Assembly: GCA_965226495.1 (NCBI GenBank)
Contig: OZ245365.1
Location: 1,056,001 to 1,120,000 of the forward strand
Origin: Candidatus Marinacidobacterales bacterium
GTDB lineage: Bacteria; Acidobacteriota; Vicinamibacteria; Marinacidobacterales; DATDRI01
DNA: 64,000 nt
Direction of reading: 5' to 3'
The notes beneath the pieces are model-generated. The model saw only the letters and a list, made by a program, of their open reading frames with translations. It made no database searches and was not told where the DNA came from. The position numbers and the translations under genes are program-made. This document shows, one piece after another, positions 50,878 to 61,844 of this stretch (positions are counted from its first letter, which is position 1; every line of letters starts with the position of its first letter).

Positions 50878-52779
50878 ATGATGAAAGCTCTATCAACCGC
50901 CGCCATCACATGGCTCGTATTAATAGCGCCCAATTATGTCCTTGCTCAGGATTACACGCCCCAGCAAGACCAGGTGCCGGAAAAAAAGCACGAATATTCA
51001 CCGTACGTCGAACAGCATTTCCCAATGCGAGTGTACTTTGGCGATACACATCACCATTCATCCTATTCCTTCGATTCCGGCATGTTCGGAAACACACTTG
51101 GGCCGGAGGAATCGTTCCGTTTCGCCCGGGGTGACGTAGTCGTTGCGACCAATGGAATGAAAGCCAAACTCATTCGACCGCTGGATTTTCTGGCGGTCAC
51201 CGATCATGCTTCATACCTTGGATTTACTGAGTTAATGGCCAATTCCGATCCCCGTTTGATGGCCACCAAGGGCGGCCGAGAGATGGTCGAGGGTTACCAG
51301 GCCGGCGGTGAAGAAGCCTGGTTGTTAGTGGTAAGCATGATGAAGGATTTCGACATCGGTAAGCCCCGTCTCGAAGACCCCGACCTCAGCCGGAGCGTTT
51401 GGGAGCGTGTGGTGGATATTGCCTCCGAATACAATGAACCCGGATTTTTTACCGCTTTCAATGGCTACGAGTGGACATCTGCGCCTACCGGAAACAACTT
51501 GCACCGCAACGTGATCTTTCGTGACGGCCCGATTCGTGTGAAGCAAATCGTACCGTTCTCGGCATTTGATAGCCCCGACCCTGAACCCCTTTGGGAGTTT
51601 ATGGCCGCTTACGAAGCGAAGACGGGAGGACAAGTACTGGCAATTCCCCACAACCCGAATATCAGCAACGGTATAACGTTTGCAGAGACCATGAGCAATG
51701 GAAAACGACTTACCCGGGAATACGCTGAGAAGCGCGCCTTGTGGGAACCGCTGCTGGAAGTCACCCAAGCAAAAGGGGACAGCGAAGCCCATCCTTTCTT
51801 ATCTACCGAGGACGAGTTTGCAGATTTTGAAACATGGGATTTCGGCAATGCCGGATCGCCAATGAAGCCGAAAGAGAACGATATGCTGCAATATGAATAC
51901 GCTCGCTCGGCTCTGCAATGGGGTATGAAACATAAATTGAAATTGGGCGTAAATCCCTTCAAATTCGGCATGGTCGGCGGCACTGACACCCACACTAGCC
52001 TGTCAACAACCAGAGAAGAGAATGTTTTCGGAAAACTGCCAGCCTTGCTGCCAGGTCCAGACCGAACCGGAGAAGCCATGGTGATGAAAGCGGACGGTAC
52101 ACCCGCGGTGGAGTCATGGGAGACAAGTGCGTCCGGCCTTACCGGCGTCTGGGCGCAGGAAAACACTCGCGAGTCCTTGTGGGATGCCATGGCTCGTAAG
52201 GAAGTTTACGCCACCACCGGTACCCGCATCACTGTCCGCGTTTTTGCCGGATGGGATTTCGAAGCAGATGAAGTAGAACGCCCGGATTTTGCCAAGCAGG
52301 GCTACAGTCGCGGGGTACCCATGGGTGGCGACCTTACTGCAGCGCCAGCCGGTAAGACGCCGACCTTCATGGTACGGGCTCTGCGCGACGTCGACGGGGC
52401 CAACCTCGACCGCCTCCAGGTCATCAAGGGCTGGATCGATGCCAATGGCCTACCGCGAGAGAAAATATATGATATCGCGGTTTCAGACGGACGGACCATC
52501 GGTCCCAATGGCCGCTGTAAAACGCCGGTCGGAAGTACTGTGAATGTTGCCAACGCAGACTATACGAACTCGATCGGCGATGCTTTGCTGATGGGCCACT
52601 GGAAAGATCCGGAATTCGATGCAGATTTGCACGCCTTTTACTACGTTCGCGTAATCGAAATCCCAACGCCGCGCTGGACGGCTTATGATGCCGAGCGCTT
52701 TGGCATCACGATGCCGGATAAGGTAACGATGACAGTTCAGGATCGGGCCTATACGTCGCCGATCTGGTATACGCCATAG
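50878..52779 (+). CDS. DUF3604 domain protein (secreted), intact paralog
   Basis: Signal peptide, YFGDTHHHS, DFLAVTDH, NLHRNV, IPHN, TDTH, QDRAYTSPIWYTP. Confidence 0.88.
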   Translation: MMKALSTAAITWLVLIAPNYVLAQDYTPQQDQVPEKKHEYSPYVEQHFPMRVYFGDTHHHSSYSFDSGMFGNTLGPEESFRFARGDVVVATNGMKAKLIRPLDFLAVTDHASYLGFTELMANSDPRLMATKGGREMVEGYQAGGEEAWLLVVSMMKDFDIGKPRLEDPDLSRSVWERVVDIASEYNEPGFFTAFNGYEWTSAPTGNNLHRNVIFRDGPIRVKQIVPFSAFDSPDPEPLWEFMAAYEAKTGGQVLAIPHNPNISNGITFAETMSNGKRLTREYAEKRALWEPLLEVTQAKGDSEAHPFLSTEDEFADFETWDFGNAGSPMKPKENDMLQYEYARSALQWGMKHKLKLGVNPFKFGMVGGTDTHTSLSTTREENVFGKLPALLPGPDRTGEAMVMKADGTPAVESWETSASGLTGVWAQENTRESLWDAMARKEVYATTGTRITVRVFAGWDFEADEVERPDFAKQGYSRGVPMGGDLTAAPAGKTPTFMVRALRDVDGANLDRLQVIKGWIDANGLPREKIYDIAVSDGRTIGPNGRCKTPVGSTVNVANADYTNSIGDALLMGHWKDPEFDADLHAFYYVRVIEIPTPRWTAYDAERFGITMPDKVTMTVQDRAYTSPIWYTP

Positions 52780-53066
52780 ATAACCCCGCTAACGCCTACC
52801 CAAGCGAGAATTGAGAATCCCGTTCTCTAGCAGCGTTATTCTCAGCCAGCGAATAACCGCTCTTGGCCGTTAGCCGCCGGTCGGGCCTTGATCCTTGAGT
52901 GACTGCTACTGGTGAAAGCAGACGTTCAGAATCCAAGTTCTCGAAAACTCACCAACGAACGACCCGCTATACACTCGAAAGCAGCCGCCCAGGGTGTAAG
53001 ATGCTGACTGGCTGCTACTGACCCAAAGCGGACCTATGTATATTTGCGTGAAGAGCAAAGACCTTT

Positions 53067-53335
53067 TTGAGTGACGAACGCATCGCTCGGCTCAATTCGT
53101 TTCGACATAGCGGCTTTTCCGTCGACCCATCCGTGACCGTTTGGCCTCAGGACACCGAAGGGCTCGAGCGCCTCTGCCGGTACCTACTTCGCTGCCCCTC
53201 AGCCTGTCTTGCATCCACTGGACACCGGGCTCTAAGACCCTCTTCTATGAAGCGAAAGGCTCCCATGACGACCCCCTCGCTTCTCATCCGCAAGGCGAGA
53301 CCCTCGATGTCTTCGAGTTCCTGGCCCGAGTCCTC
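53067..53335 (+). mobile_element. Second IS91-family transposase fragment
   Basis: SFRHSGFSVD.SV...LERLCRYLLRCP; 53177-53335 nearly identical to 49870-50028. Confidence 0.78.
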
Positions 53336-53791
53336 CATGTCGATGCGGACGAAATTCGAGTGCTCATGCGCGAAGGCAGCCAGGCGGCGGATATTCTGGT
53401 AGCAGAACTCTTTGTCGATCTTGAGCCCGAGATGAGTCGGCTTGACGTGGATGTTGCTGTCCAGTTTGTCTTGGCCGATCCGGGTAAGAACGTCCTGGTA
53501 GTCCTTGGCCGCCGCTTCGGCTCTTCGCGACGCTCCACGAACTCACCGAGCATGCCGCTGGCCGCCATGAAGCCCTCGCTGTTTAATGAATGCACCACAC
53601 GTACCTGGTCCTCGAGCGTTTCGCCCGCGATATAAGAGCGAGCGAAATGTCCAACCAACGGTTTCGGGACCAGGGGAAGGGAAGATGCGATGAGGCGATC
53701 GAAGAGGCTCATGCGTGCGAATGAGAAGTTAACATAGGGCAAAAGCAAAAAAAAGAGCCCACCGTTTCCGGCGGGCTCTTCGGGCTAGAGA
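53324..53791 (-). pseudogene. Copy B: truncated, frameshifted proline dehydrogenase 5' end plus terminator (copy 2)
   Basis: Same N-terminal peptide as the 45390..46319 ORF, cut at gcccgagtcctc. Confidence 0.88.
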
Positions 53792-53951
53792 ATCCTTTTG
53801 TCTAGACGTCGATCTTCTCGTTGTGAGAGAAGCCAATGACACGAGTGCCTCCGAAGGTCTCCTCGAAAGCCAACTTGTAGCCAATAGGCTCCAAGGCCTT
53901 GGAGTAGAACGCTCTTTTCGATGTCGTTTACACGCATGGTCAGATGGTCAA

Positions 53952-54584
53952 TCATCTTGCTCTCCCCACTCGTTGATTAATATATTTTGCCCACGCCTGG
54001 TAGGTCTTCGGGGCATCGATCTCCTTCAACTCATTCCAGGCCTCAATCATCTGTTTCCTGTCCGCCTTCTTGTTTGCCTTCAGGAAATCCGCAACGAAGT
54101 TGTTGTATCGGCCATGTGTTGTGCGAAGAGGCTTTCTCGGCCCCTTATTGAGTTTGACGAAGTGTTTGACCAGGTCGCCGTACGTTATCTTGTTCCCCTT
54201 GGCAATTTGCTCTTCTCGCCATCGGTTGAGTGGATAGCGAGTACCCGATTGCAGCGTAAAACTGGGGTCCATCTTCTTGGCTTGCTTCAAAAGAAACTCT
54301 TTTGTCTCCTTGTCGTTGGTGTAGTTCTCAATTCGACGATTGAGCTTCAGTCTTTTTTTGGTGTCTCTGGAGCCCAGACTGCGTGAGCTTTGTTTGCGGG
54401 GAGATTTGAGTTTGCCTGTGCGGAGGAAAGTCTTGATAGTTTTTTCGAGTTCATCCTTTCGAAGCTTGCTCGAAGACGGAATGCCCAAATTGGCAGCAAA
54501 TCTCTTCAGTTCTATTGCGTACCAATATCCGTTGTCGAATTGGACTTCGGTCATTGCTTCTGACAGTTTGGTTTTCTTAGCCAT
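53952..54584 (-). CDS. SAP-like / DUF6434-type basic protein
   Basis: FDNGYWY..ELK.FA..LGI......KDEL...I..FL.TG; ITYGDLV; YNNFVADF; W.ELK....PKTY; lower GC than flanks. Confidence 0.65.
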   Translation of the reverse strand: MAKKTKLSEAMTEVQFDNGYWYAIELKRFAANLGIPSSSKLRKDELEKTIKTFLRTGKLKSPRKQSSRSLGSRDTKKRLKLNRRIENYTNDKETKEFLLKQAKKMDPSFTLQSGTRYPLNRWREEQIAKGNKITYGDLVKHFVKLNKGPRKPLRTTHGRYNNFVADFLKANKKADRKQMIEAWNELKEIDAPKTYQAWAKYINQRVGRAR

Positions 54585-54714
54585 CACCCTCACGACGTGT
54601 TCAAATGTGGTTCAAGCACCTCTAGGCCAATGACAGTCGATTCAAGAGTGGTCGATTTGCATATCGTTTGGGAAGGGCTTTCCCGTTCCTGTAATGAGAA
54701 GTTAACACAGGGCG

Positions 54715-54749
54715 AAAAAAAAGAGCCCACCGTTTCCGGCGGGCTCTTC
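54715..54749 (-). terminator. Intrinsic terminator after the radical SAM gene (copy 3)
   Basis: Same hairpin plus A8 run about 20 bp after the stop codon. Confidence 0.85.
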
Positions 54750-54769
54750 GGACTAGAGAATCCTTTGGT

Positions 54770-56854
<2,085 letters not shown>

Positions 56855-57185
56855 GAGAAACTCCACCTCTTTTGGTTATAGGGCGGTTATGGTTGGGGGC
56901 GTCTGGGAAATAAGTTGTTTCCCCCCACCAACATAAACGAACATATGAAGTGACACGCGATACAGAATAGGGGAGTCGAGCCGTGCAAGCTACCAGAAAT
57001 GAACGAACTAGCCGGAATCCGGATTGTAAGGGCCTCGGGGGCCATTGAACGGTCCCCAAAGGCCGGGAAGCGCGCGTCTCGGGCCAAGAAGTGCTTTGTT
57101 TGCCTGCCTTTAGAGCCGTCGGGAATTCCCCGCGACCGGGCGGTCAGTCCGCAACTGCCTGTATCGATTCGAGTTATGGGTGCAG

Positions 57186-57791
57186 CTAATGTAGGGTGCT
57201 ATGTCCTTCGACTCCCATGTCGCTGGGGATCACGTTCCTATTGATGTGGTTATCCAGATTGATCACGTACGTCTCTTTGGCCTCAATTAGGGTCGGGGAG
57301 TGGGTGGCGGCGATGATCCGGAAGTTCTTCTGGTCCACGAGCTCCAAGAGCATCTTGAGCACGCGCCTCTGATTGGACGTCGAAAGCGCCATTTCTGGTT
57401 CGTCGAGGAGGAGCACCGTGCCATCCGGCAATTTGGGAAAGCTCTCCTTGAACAGGGTCAACATCACTTGGCCATGGCTGGCCATTTCAAGAAACTCTTT
57501 CATTTCCGGCTGGTCTTCGAAGAAGCCGAGTTGGTTGCGCGGGTTGTGCTGCTCAGCATCGAACAAAAAAGTCTTCGTGGCATTGATGCCCTCGAGCTCG
57601 GCTTTGTAGACATACCCGTCGGCCTGTTCCCCCTTGAAAGCCAAATACAAAGAGTGGAGGAGTGTCGATTTCCCGGATGCGTTCTCTCCCTGGAGGAGGA
57701 TCAGAGGATGAGACAGGTCCACGATCATGGGCATGTGGAAGCCGAGATCGGTAAACACCGGGTGGGCTAAGATTTTGAGATGCATGTTCAT
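57186..57791 (-). CDS. Small ABC-type/AAA ATPase
   Basis: GENASGKST, SHGQ signature, LLLDEPE, IAATHSP. Confidence 0.82.
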   Translation of the reverse strand: MNMHLKILAHPVFTDLGFHMPMIVDLSHPLILLQGENASGKSTLLHSLYLAFKGEQADGYVYKAELEGINATKTFLFDAEQHNPRNQLGFFEDQPEMKEFLEMASHGQVMLTLFKESFPKLPDGTVLLLDEPEMALSTSNQRRVLKMLLELVDQKNFRIIAATHSPTLIEAKETYVINLDNHINRNVIPSDMGVEGHSTLH

Positions 57792-58135
57792 GATAAAGCG
57801 TTCTCCTTGTCGGGGCTCTCGGTTGGTCGCCGGCTTGCCGCCAGCTTGCCGCGAGGCTTGCAGCCGACCCCATACTGTACATTATTAGGTGCTGGCCGCA
57901 ACACCGACGCCTGGCTACATCCGGTTGTAGCACCGTCCTATTTTGGCGTCCGAAAGCGCTTGCATCGCGTCTGGCTAGGTCGATAGCGGCAACCGCCTCG
58001 ATTGACGCCGAGCGCGGGCAGCGCTCGTTCCACAGGCGCTGCCACTGGCGGGAGGTCGAGAATCCGTTGTGCTAGGATGGGGGCGTCCTCGGTAGGCGGG
58101 GAGGTTTCCCCCTAAGGAGTTTTCAAAAGAAGTCG

Positions 58136-59143
58136 ATGAGCGTCAAAGAAAAGAGTCGGTTCGTTTCCTTTCTGCAAGAACACAACCAACAGACTTGGAA
58201 CGAAGCATTGAGTAGCCTCGTTCCTTCTATTCATCCCGTCGACCGGACCGCCGCCCGCATCTGGTTCGGCTTCTGGCCCCTCGAGCTCCAGGAATCGCTC
58301 GGCGAGTCTGCCGGACCTGAGGAGATGGCGCGAGCGATGGATCTGGAAGGGAAGTGGCAACTCGAAGAACAGGTCGACGCGTCCGTGGACTTTCTCTACG
58401 GCTCGCGGTATTGGGCGGCTGTCAAGAAGGCGGTTCTCGCTCAGGCCGAAGGTTACGACAAGCCGGAGGGCAAGAGCCTCGAACAGCGCATTCGAGAAGT
58501 CGCGAGCCGTGTAGCGTCCCAGGAAAAGACCAAGGAATCGACCGTTCTAGGCGTTACTGCGGTTGCGTTCATGATCTTGCAGCAAGTAGGGATGGAGTCC
58601 TTTGCCGCAGTTGCCGAAAAGCCCGCTCCCCCCGCTCGCAAAACTTGGGCATCCCGCACGCCTGACGAAGTCGTTAAGAAGCGCGAAAAGAAGCGTGGGG
58701 GAGGGTTGATCGGATTCCTGAAGGGGTTGGGGCAGAGCTATCGGGTGGTTTGGGACGAGAGCAAGGGAGACGGGTTCTTTCAAGCCCGACACGGACAAGA
58801 CTTGGCTATGGCCGCCGCGACCGATACGCGCGACTACCGGGCGATGGATTACCGCTGCGTCGACGGGCCGATCCCCGTGGAGTGCCGGGTTGCATCTTGC
58901 GGATATTGTTGGATCGGCGTGATCCAGGGGAACAGCAACTTGTCCGACATCTCCGACTTCGAAAAAGGGCGGTTGAACTACTTCGGATACGACGCGGTCA
59001 ACGGTGCCGACGACTCGAAGCCTCTGATTCGCCTTGCGTGTCAAAGTCAGTGCCTGGGAGACGTCACTGTTGTGACGCCACCCTGGAACGGCGAGCTAAA
59101 GCGGCGCCATGACAAGTCCCGCGACGAGCTCGGGACCGCCTGA
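58136..59143 (+). CDS. Protein with unknown helical N-terminal domain and C-terminal 2Fe-2S ferredoxin-like domain
   Basis: ECRVASCGYC (Cx4Cx2C) and RLACQ motifs. Confidence 0.75.
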   Translation: MSVKEKSRFVSFLQEHNQQTWNEALSSLVPSIHPVDRTAARIWFGFWPLELQESLGESAGPEEMARAMDLEGKWQLEEQVDASVDFLYGSRYWAAVKKAVLAQAEGYDKPEGKSLEQRIREVASRVASQEKTKESTVLGVTAVAFMILQQVGMESFAAVAEKPAPPARKTWASRTPDEVVKKREKKRGGGLIGFLKGLGQSYRVVWDESKGDGFFQARHGQDLAMAAATDTRDYRAMDYRCVDGPIPVECRVASCGYCWIGVIQGNSNLSDISDFEKGRLNYFGYDAVNGADDSKPLIRLACQSQCLGDVTVVTPPWNGELKRRHDKSRDELGTA

Positions 59144-59179
59144 CAGCCTGAGAGGCTGACAGGCTGACAACCTGACGCT
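59140..59179. repeat. Degenerate 8-bp tandem repeat x5 (ctgacagg-like)
   Basis: ctgacagc ctgagagg ctgacagg ctgacaac ctgacgct. Confidence 0.7.
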
Positions 59180-59239
59180 CCCTTTCTTGACGCTAGCTCC
59201 GTAGGGCTCCCTGTAATAAAGTAGGCCTCACGGTTTCCC

Positions 59240-60007
59240 ATGGCAGAAGAACCCAAGCTCGCCCTGTTCGTCGACCTCGAGAACATCGCCCTCGGTGTGA
59301 GGGACGCGACGCCCAAGGGCAAAGGCTTCGAGATCCATCGAATTCTGGAGCGGCTCGTCGAAAAGGGCAAGATCATCGTCAAGAAGGCCTATGCCGACTG
59401 GGGAAGCTACCGAGATTTCAAGCGTCCCTTTCACGAAGCTGGCATCGAGCTCATCGACATCCCGCAACGACGCTACAGCGGCAAGAACAGCGCTGACATC
59501 AAAATGGTGGTCGACGCCATCGACCTGTCATACTCAAAGGAGCACGTTAACTACTTCGTGATCGCCTCGGGAGACAGCGACTTCGTCCCCTTGGTGTCCA
59601 AGCTCAAGGAAAACGACAAGACGGTGATCGGCGTGGGAGTTAAGAACTCTACGTCCGAGCTCTTGGCTTCGAACTGTGACGAGTTCATTTATTACGACGA
59701 TTTGGTAAGGCAAACGCCTCGCGAACTCCCCCGCATGGCCAAGCTCCCCAAGAAGAAGCAAGAATGCTTCAAGCTGGTCTTGGACGCTATCGAAGCTCTG
59801 GAGCGCGAAAACAAGGAAGTGATCTGGGGGTCGATGGTCAAGCAGACCATCAAGCGAAAGAATCCATCCTTCAGCGAGTCCTACTACGGCTATAGTCGGT
59901 TCAATAGTCTGCTCGAAGACGCGGCGCGGTTGGACCTCATCAAGATCAGCAAAGACCAGAAGAGCGGTACCTATATTGTTGCCGGTCTTGGCGAGGAAGT
60001 CGCCTAG
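59240..60007 (+). CDS. NYN (LabA/DUF88) PIN-fold nuclease with C-terminal OST-HTH/LOTUS domain
   Basis: FVDLEN, AYADW, GKNSADIKMVVDA, SGDSDF, CDEFIYY, PSFSESYYGYSRF. Confidence 0.9.
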   Translation: MAEEPKLALFVDLENIALGVRDATPKGKGFEIHRILERLVEKGKIIVKKAYADWGSYRDFKRPFHEAGIELIDIPQRRYSGKNSADIKMVVDAIDLSYSKEHVNYFVIASGDSDFVPLVSKLKENDKTVIGVGVKNSTSELLASNCDEFIYYDDLVRQTPRELPRMAKLPKKKQECFKLVLDAIEALERENKEVIWGSMVKQTIKRKNPSFSESYYGYSRFNSLLEDAARLDLIKISKDQKSGTYIVAGLGEEVA

Positions 60008-60178
60008 GTCCGACGCTTATGCCACTTTGATTAGTGGCTACTTCCCATTTTGGTGTCCGCACGGACACTGGGCTAGTTAATGGCACGCCGCATTTTAAGT
60101 CCACCCGAACAGCCGGTACGATCGGTCGCTATCTGCACAAAGACGGGTAACAGATTAGAAATCTAACGGTAGAAGCCC

Positions 60179-61837
60179 ATGACAAAGCCGGTTCTGCTCA
60201 CCGTCGATGACGATGTCGATGTGCTCGCCGCCGTCGCGCGGGACCTGCGTACGCGCTACGGCCGGGACTACCGCATCCTGCGGGCGGACTCTGGGATTGG
60301 CGCTCTCGAGCTCCTCGGCGAACTGAAGGAGCGGGGGGAGCCAGTTGCGCTCATGCTCTCGGACCAACGCATGCCGAAAATGGACGGGGTGGCATTCTTG
60401 TCCGAGGCGAAGAAGTTGTACCCCAAGAGCAAGCGGGCGTTGCTTACAGCCTATGCCGACACCGAGGCGGCGATTGGAGCGATCAACGAATCGCAAGTGG
60501 ATTACTACCTATTGAAGCCATGGGACCCCCCGGACGAAAAACTCTACCCCGTGCTCGACGAAATGCTCGACGGGTGGCGTGCAGGCTTTCGACCTGGCTA
60601 CGGCGGCGTTCGCGTCGTCGGGGAACGATGGTCGGCACGGTGCCACCGCATTCGCGACTTTCTTGCGCGCAATCAGGTTCCGTACCGCTTCCTTGACGTG
60701 GAATCCTCGCTAGAGGCGGGCGAGCTCGTGTCGGATCAAGGCGGCGATGCGTCTAACCTGCCGTTTGTCGTGCTGCCGGGCGGGGTGAGACTCGCTCGGC
60801 CCGAGCTAGCAGAGATTGCGGAACATATCGGCCTGAAGACGAAGGCCAAAGAAAACTTCTACGATCTCGCCATCGTCGGTGCCGGTCCCGCAGGTTTGGC
60901 ATCGGCGGTCTACGGCGGCTCGGAGGGACTGCGCACGGTGCTCATCGAGCGAGAGGCTCCGGGAGGACAGGCTGGGACCAGCAGCAAGATCGAGAACTAC
61001 CTTGGTTTTCCGTCGGGGATCTCGGGCGGCGATCTCGCCCGGCGCGCGGTCGATCAGGCACGCAGATTCGGTGTCGAGATCCTGACGCCGCAGGAGACCA
61101 CCGCTCTCAGAGTCGAGGGACCTTACAAGCACTTGACGCTTTCCGACGGATCCGAGATTTCCTGCCACGTCCTCATGCTCTCCATGGGGGTGTCATGGAA
61201 CCTGCTCACCGCCGCCCGCGCGGACCGTTTCACTGGTGTGGGAATCTTCTATGGCGCGGCGATGATTGAGGCTCCCCACGTCAAGGGGCAGACCATCTGC
61301 ATCGTCGGTGGAGGAAATTCCGCCGGCCAGGCCGCGATGTACTTCAAAGATTACGCCGACGAAATCGTGATGATCCTCCGCGGCAGTTCTCTGGGCGCGA
61401 AGATGTCGCATTACCTCGTCAACCGGATCGAGTCTACCGAGAATATCCAGGTGCGACTGAACACCGAGATACGAGCCTGCCACGGGGGTGAACGGTTGGA
61501 AGCTCTGGAGCTCCGGGACAACCAGACCGGGAATACCGAGGTTCTGGCGACCGGCTATCTGTTTGCATTTCTTGGAGCCACGCCCCGTACCGGATGGTGC
61601 GACGGCAACGTGGCCTGCGACGCGCGCGGGTTCATTCTCACCGGTCCCGATCTGGACGCCGCCACGCACCTTCGTGACTGGCCCCTCGAAAGATCGCCCT
61701 ATCTCCTAGAGACGAACATGCCCGGGATATTCGCCAGCGGGGACGCGCGACACAATTCCGTGAAGCGTGTGGCGTCGGCGGTGGGCGAAGGTTCGGTCGC
61801 TGTCTATTTCATGCACGAGTTTCTGGCTGCCCGCTGA
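60179..61837 (+). CDS. Receiver domain fused to thioredoxin-reductase-like FAD oxidoreductase
   Basis: VDDD, SDQRMP, LTAY, KPW REC motifs; GAGPAG, GGQ...IENYLGFP, GGGNSA, PGIFASGD. Confidence 0.9.
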   Translation: MTKPVLLTVDDDVDVLAAVARDLRTRYGRDYRILRADSGIGALELLGELKERGEPVALMLSDQRMPKMDGVAFLSEAKKLYPKSKRALLTAYADTEAAIGAINESQVDYYLLKPWDPPDEKLYPVLDEMLDGWRAGFRPGYGGVRVVGERWSARCHRIRDFLARNQVPYRFLDVESSLEAGELVSDQGGDASNLPFVVLPGGVRLARPELAEIAEHIGLKTKAKENFYDLAIVGAGPAGLASAVYGGSEGLRTVLIEREAPGGQAGTSSKIENYLGFPSGISGGDLARRAVDQARRFGVEILTPQETTALRVEGPYKHLTLSDGSEISCHVLMLSMGVSWNLLTAARADRFTGVGIFYGAAMIEAPHVKGQTICIVGGGNSAGQAAMYFKDYADEIVMILRGSSLGAKMSHYLVNRIESTENIQVRLNTEIRACHGGERLEALELRDNQTGNTEVLATGYLFAFLGATPRTGWCDGNVACDARGFILTGPDLDAATHLRDWPLERSPYLLETNMPGIFASGDARHNSVKRVASAVGEGSVAVYFMHEFLAAR

Positions 61838-61844
61838 CGTTCCC

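Noticed and set aside
53141-53635. 164-aa ORF as a novel protein
   Set aside because: IS91 fragment running into the antisense of the duplicated proline dehydrogenase
57031-57064. Hairpin upstream of the radical SAM gene as a riboswitch
   Set aside because: Single imperfect stem; I recognise no riboswitch consensus, and an Rfam search would be needed
57186-60007. ATPase plus NYN nuclease as an anti-phage system
   Set aside because: Genes are divergent and separated; LabA/DUF88-LOTUS proteins are common stand-alone genes and no other defence genes are present
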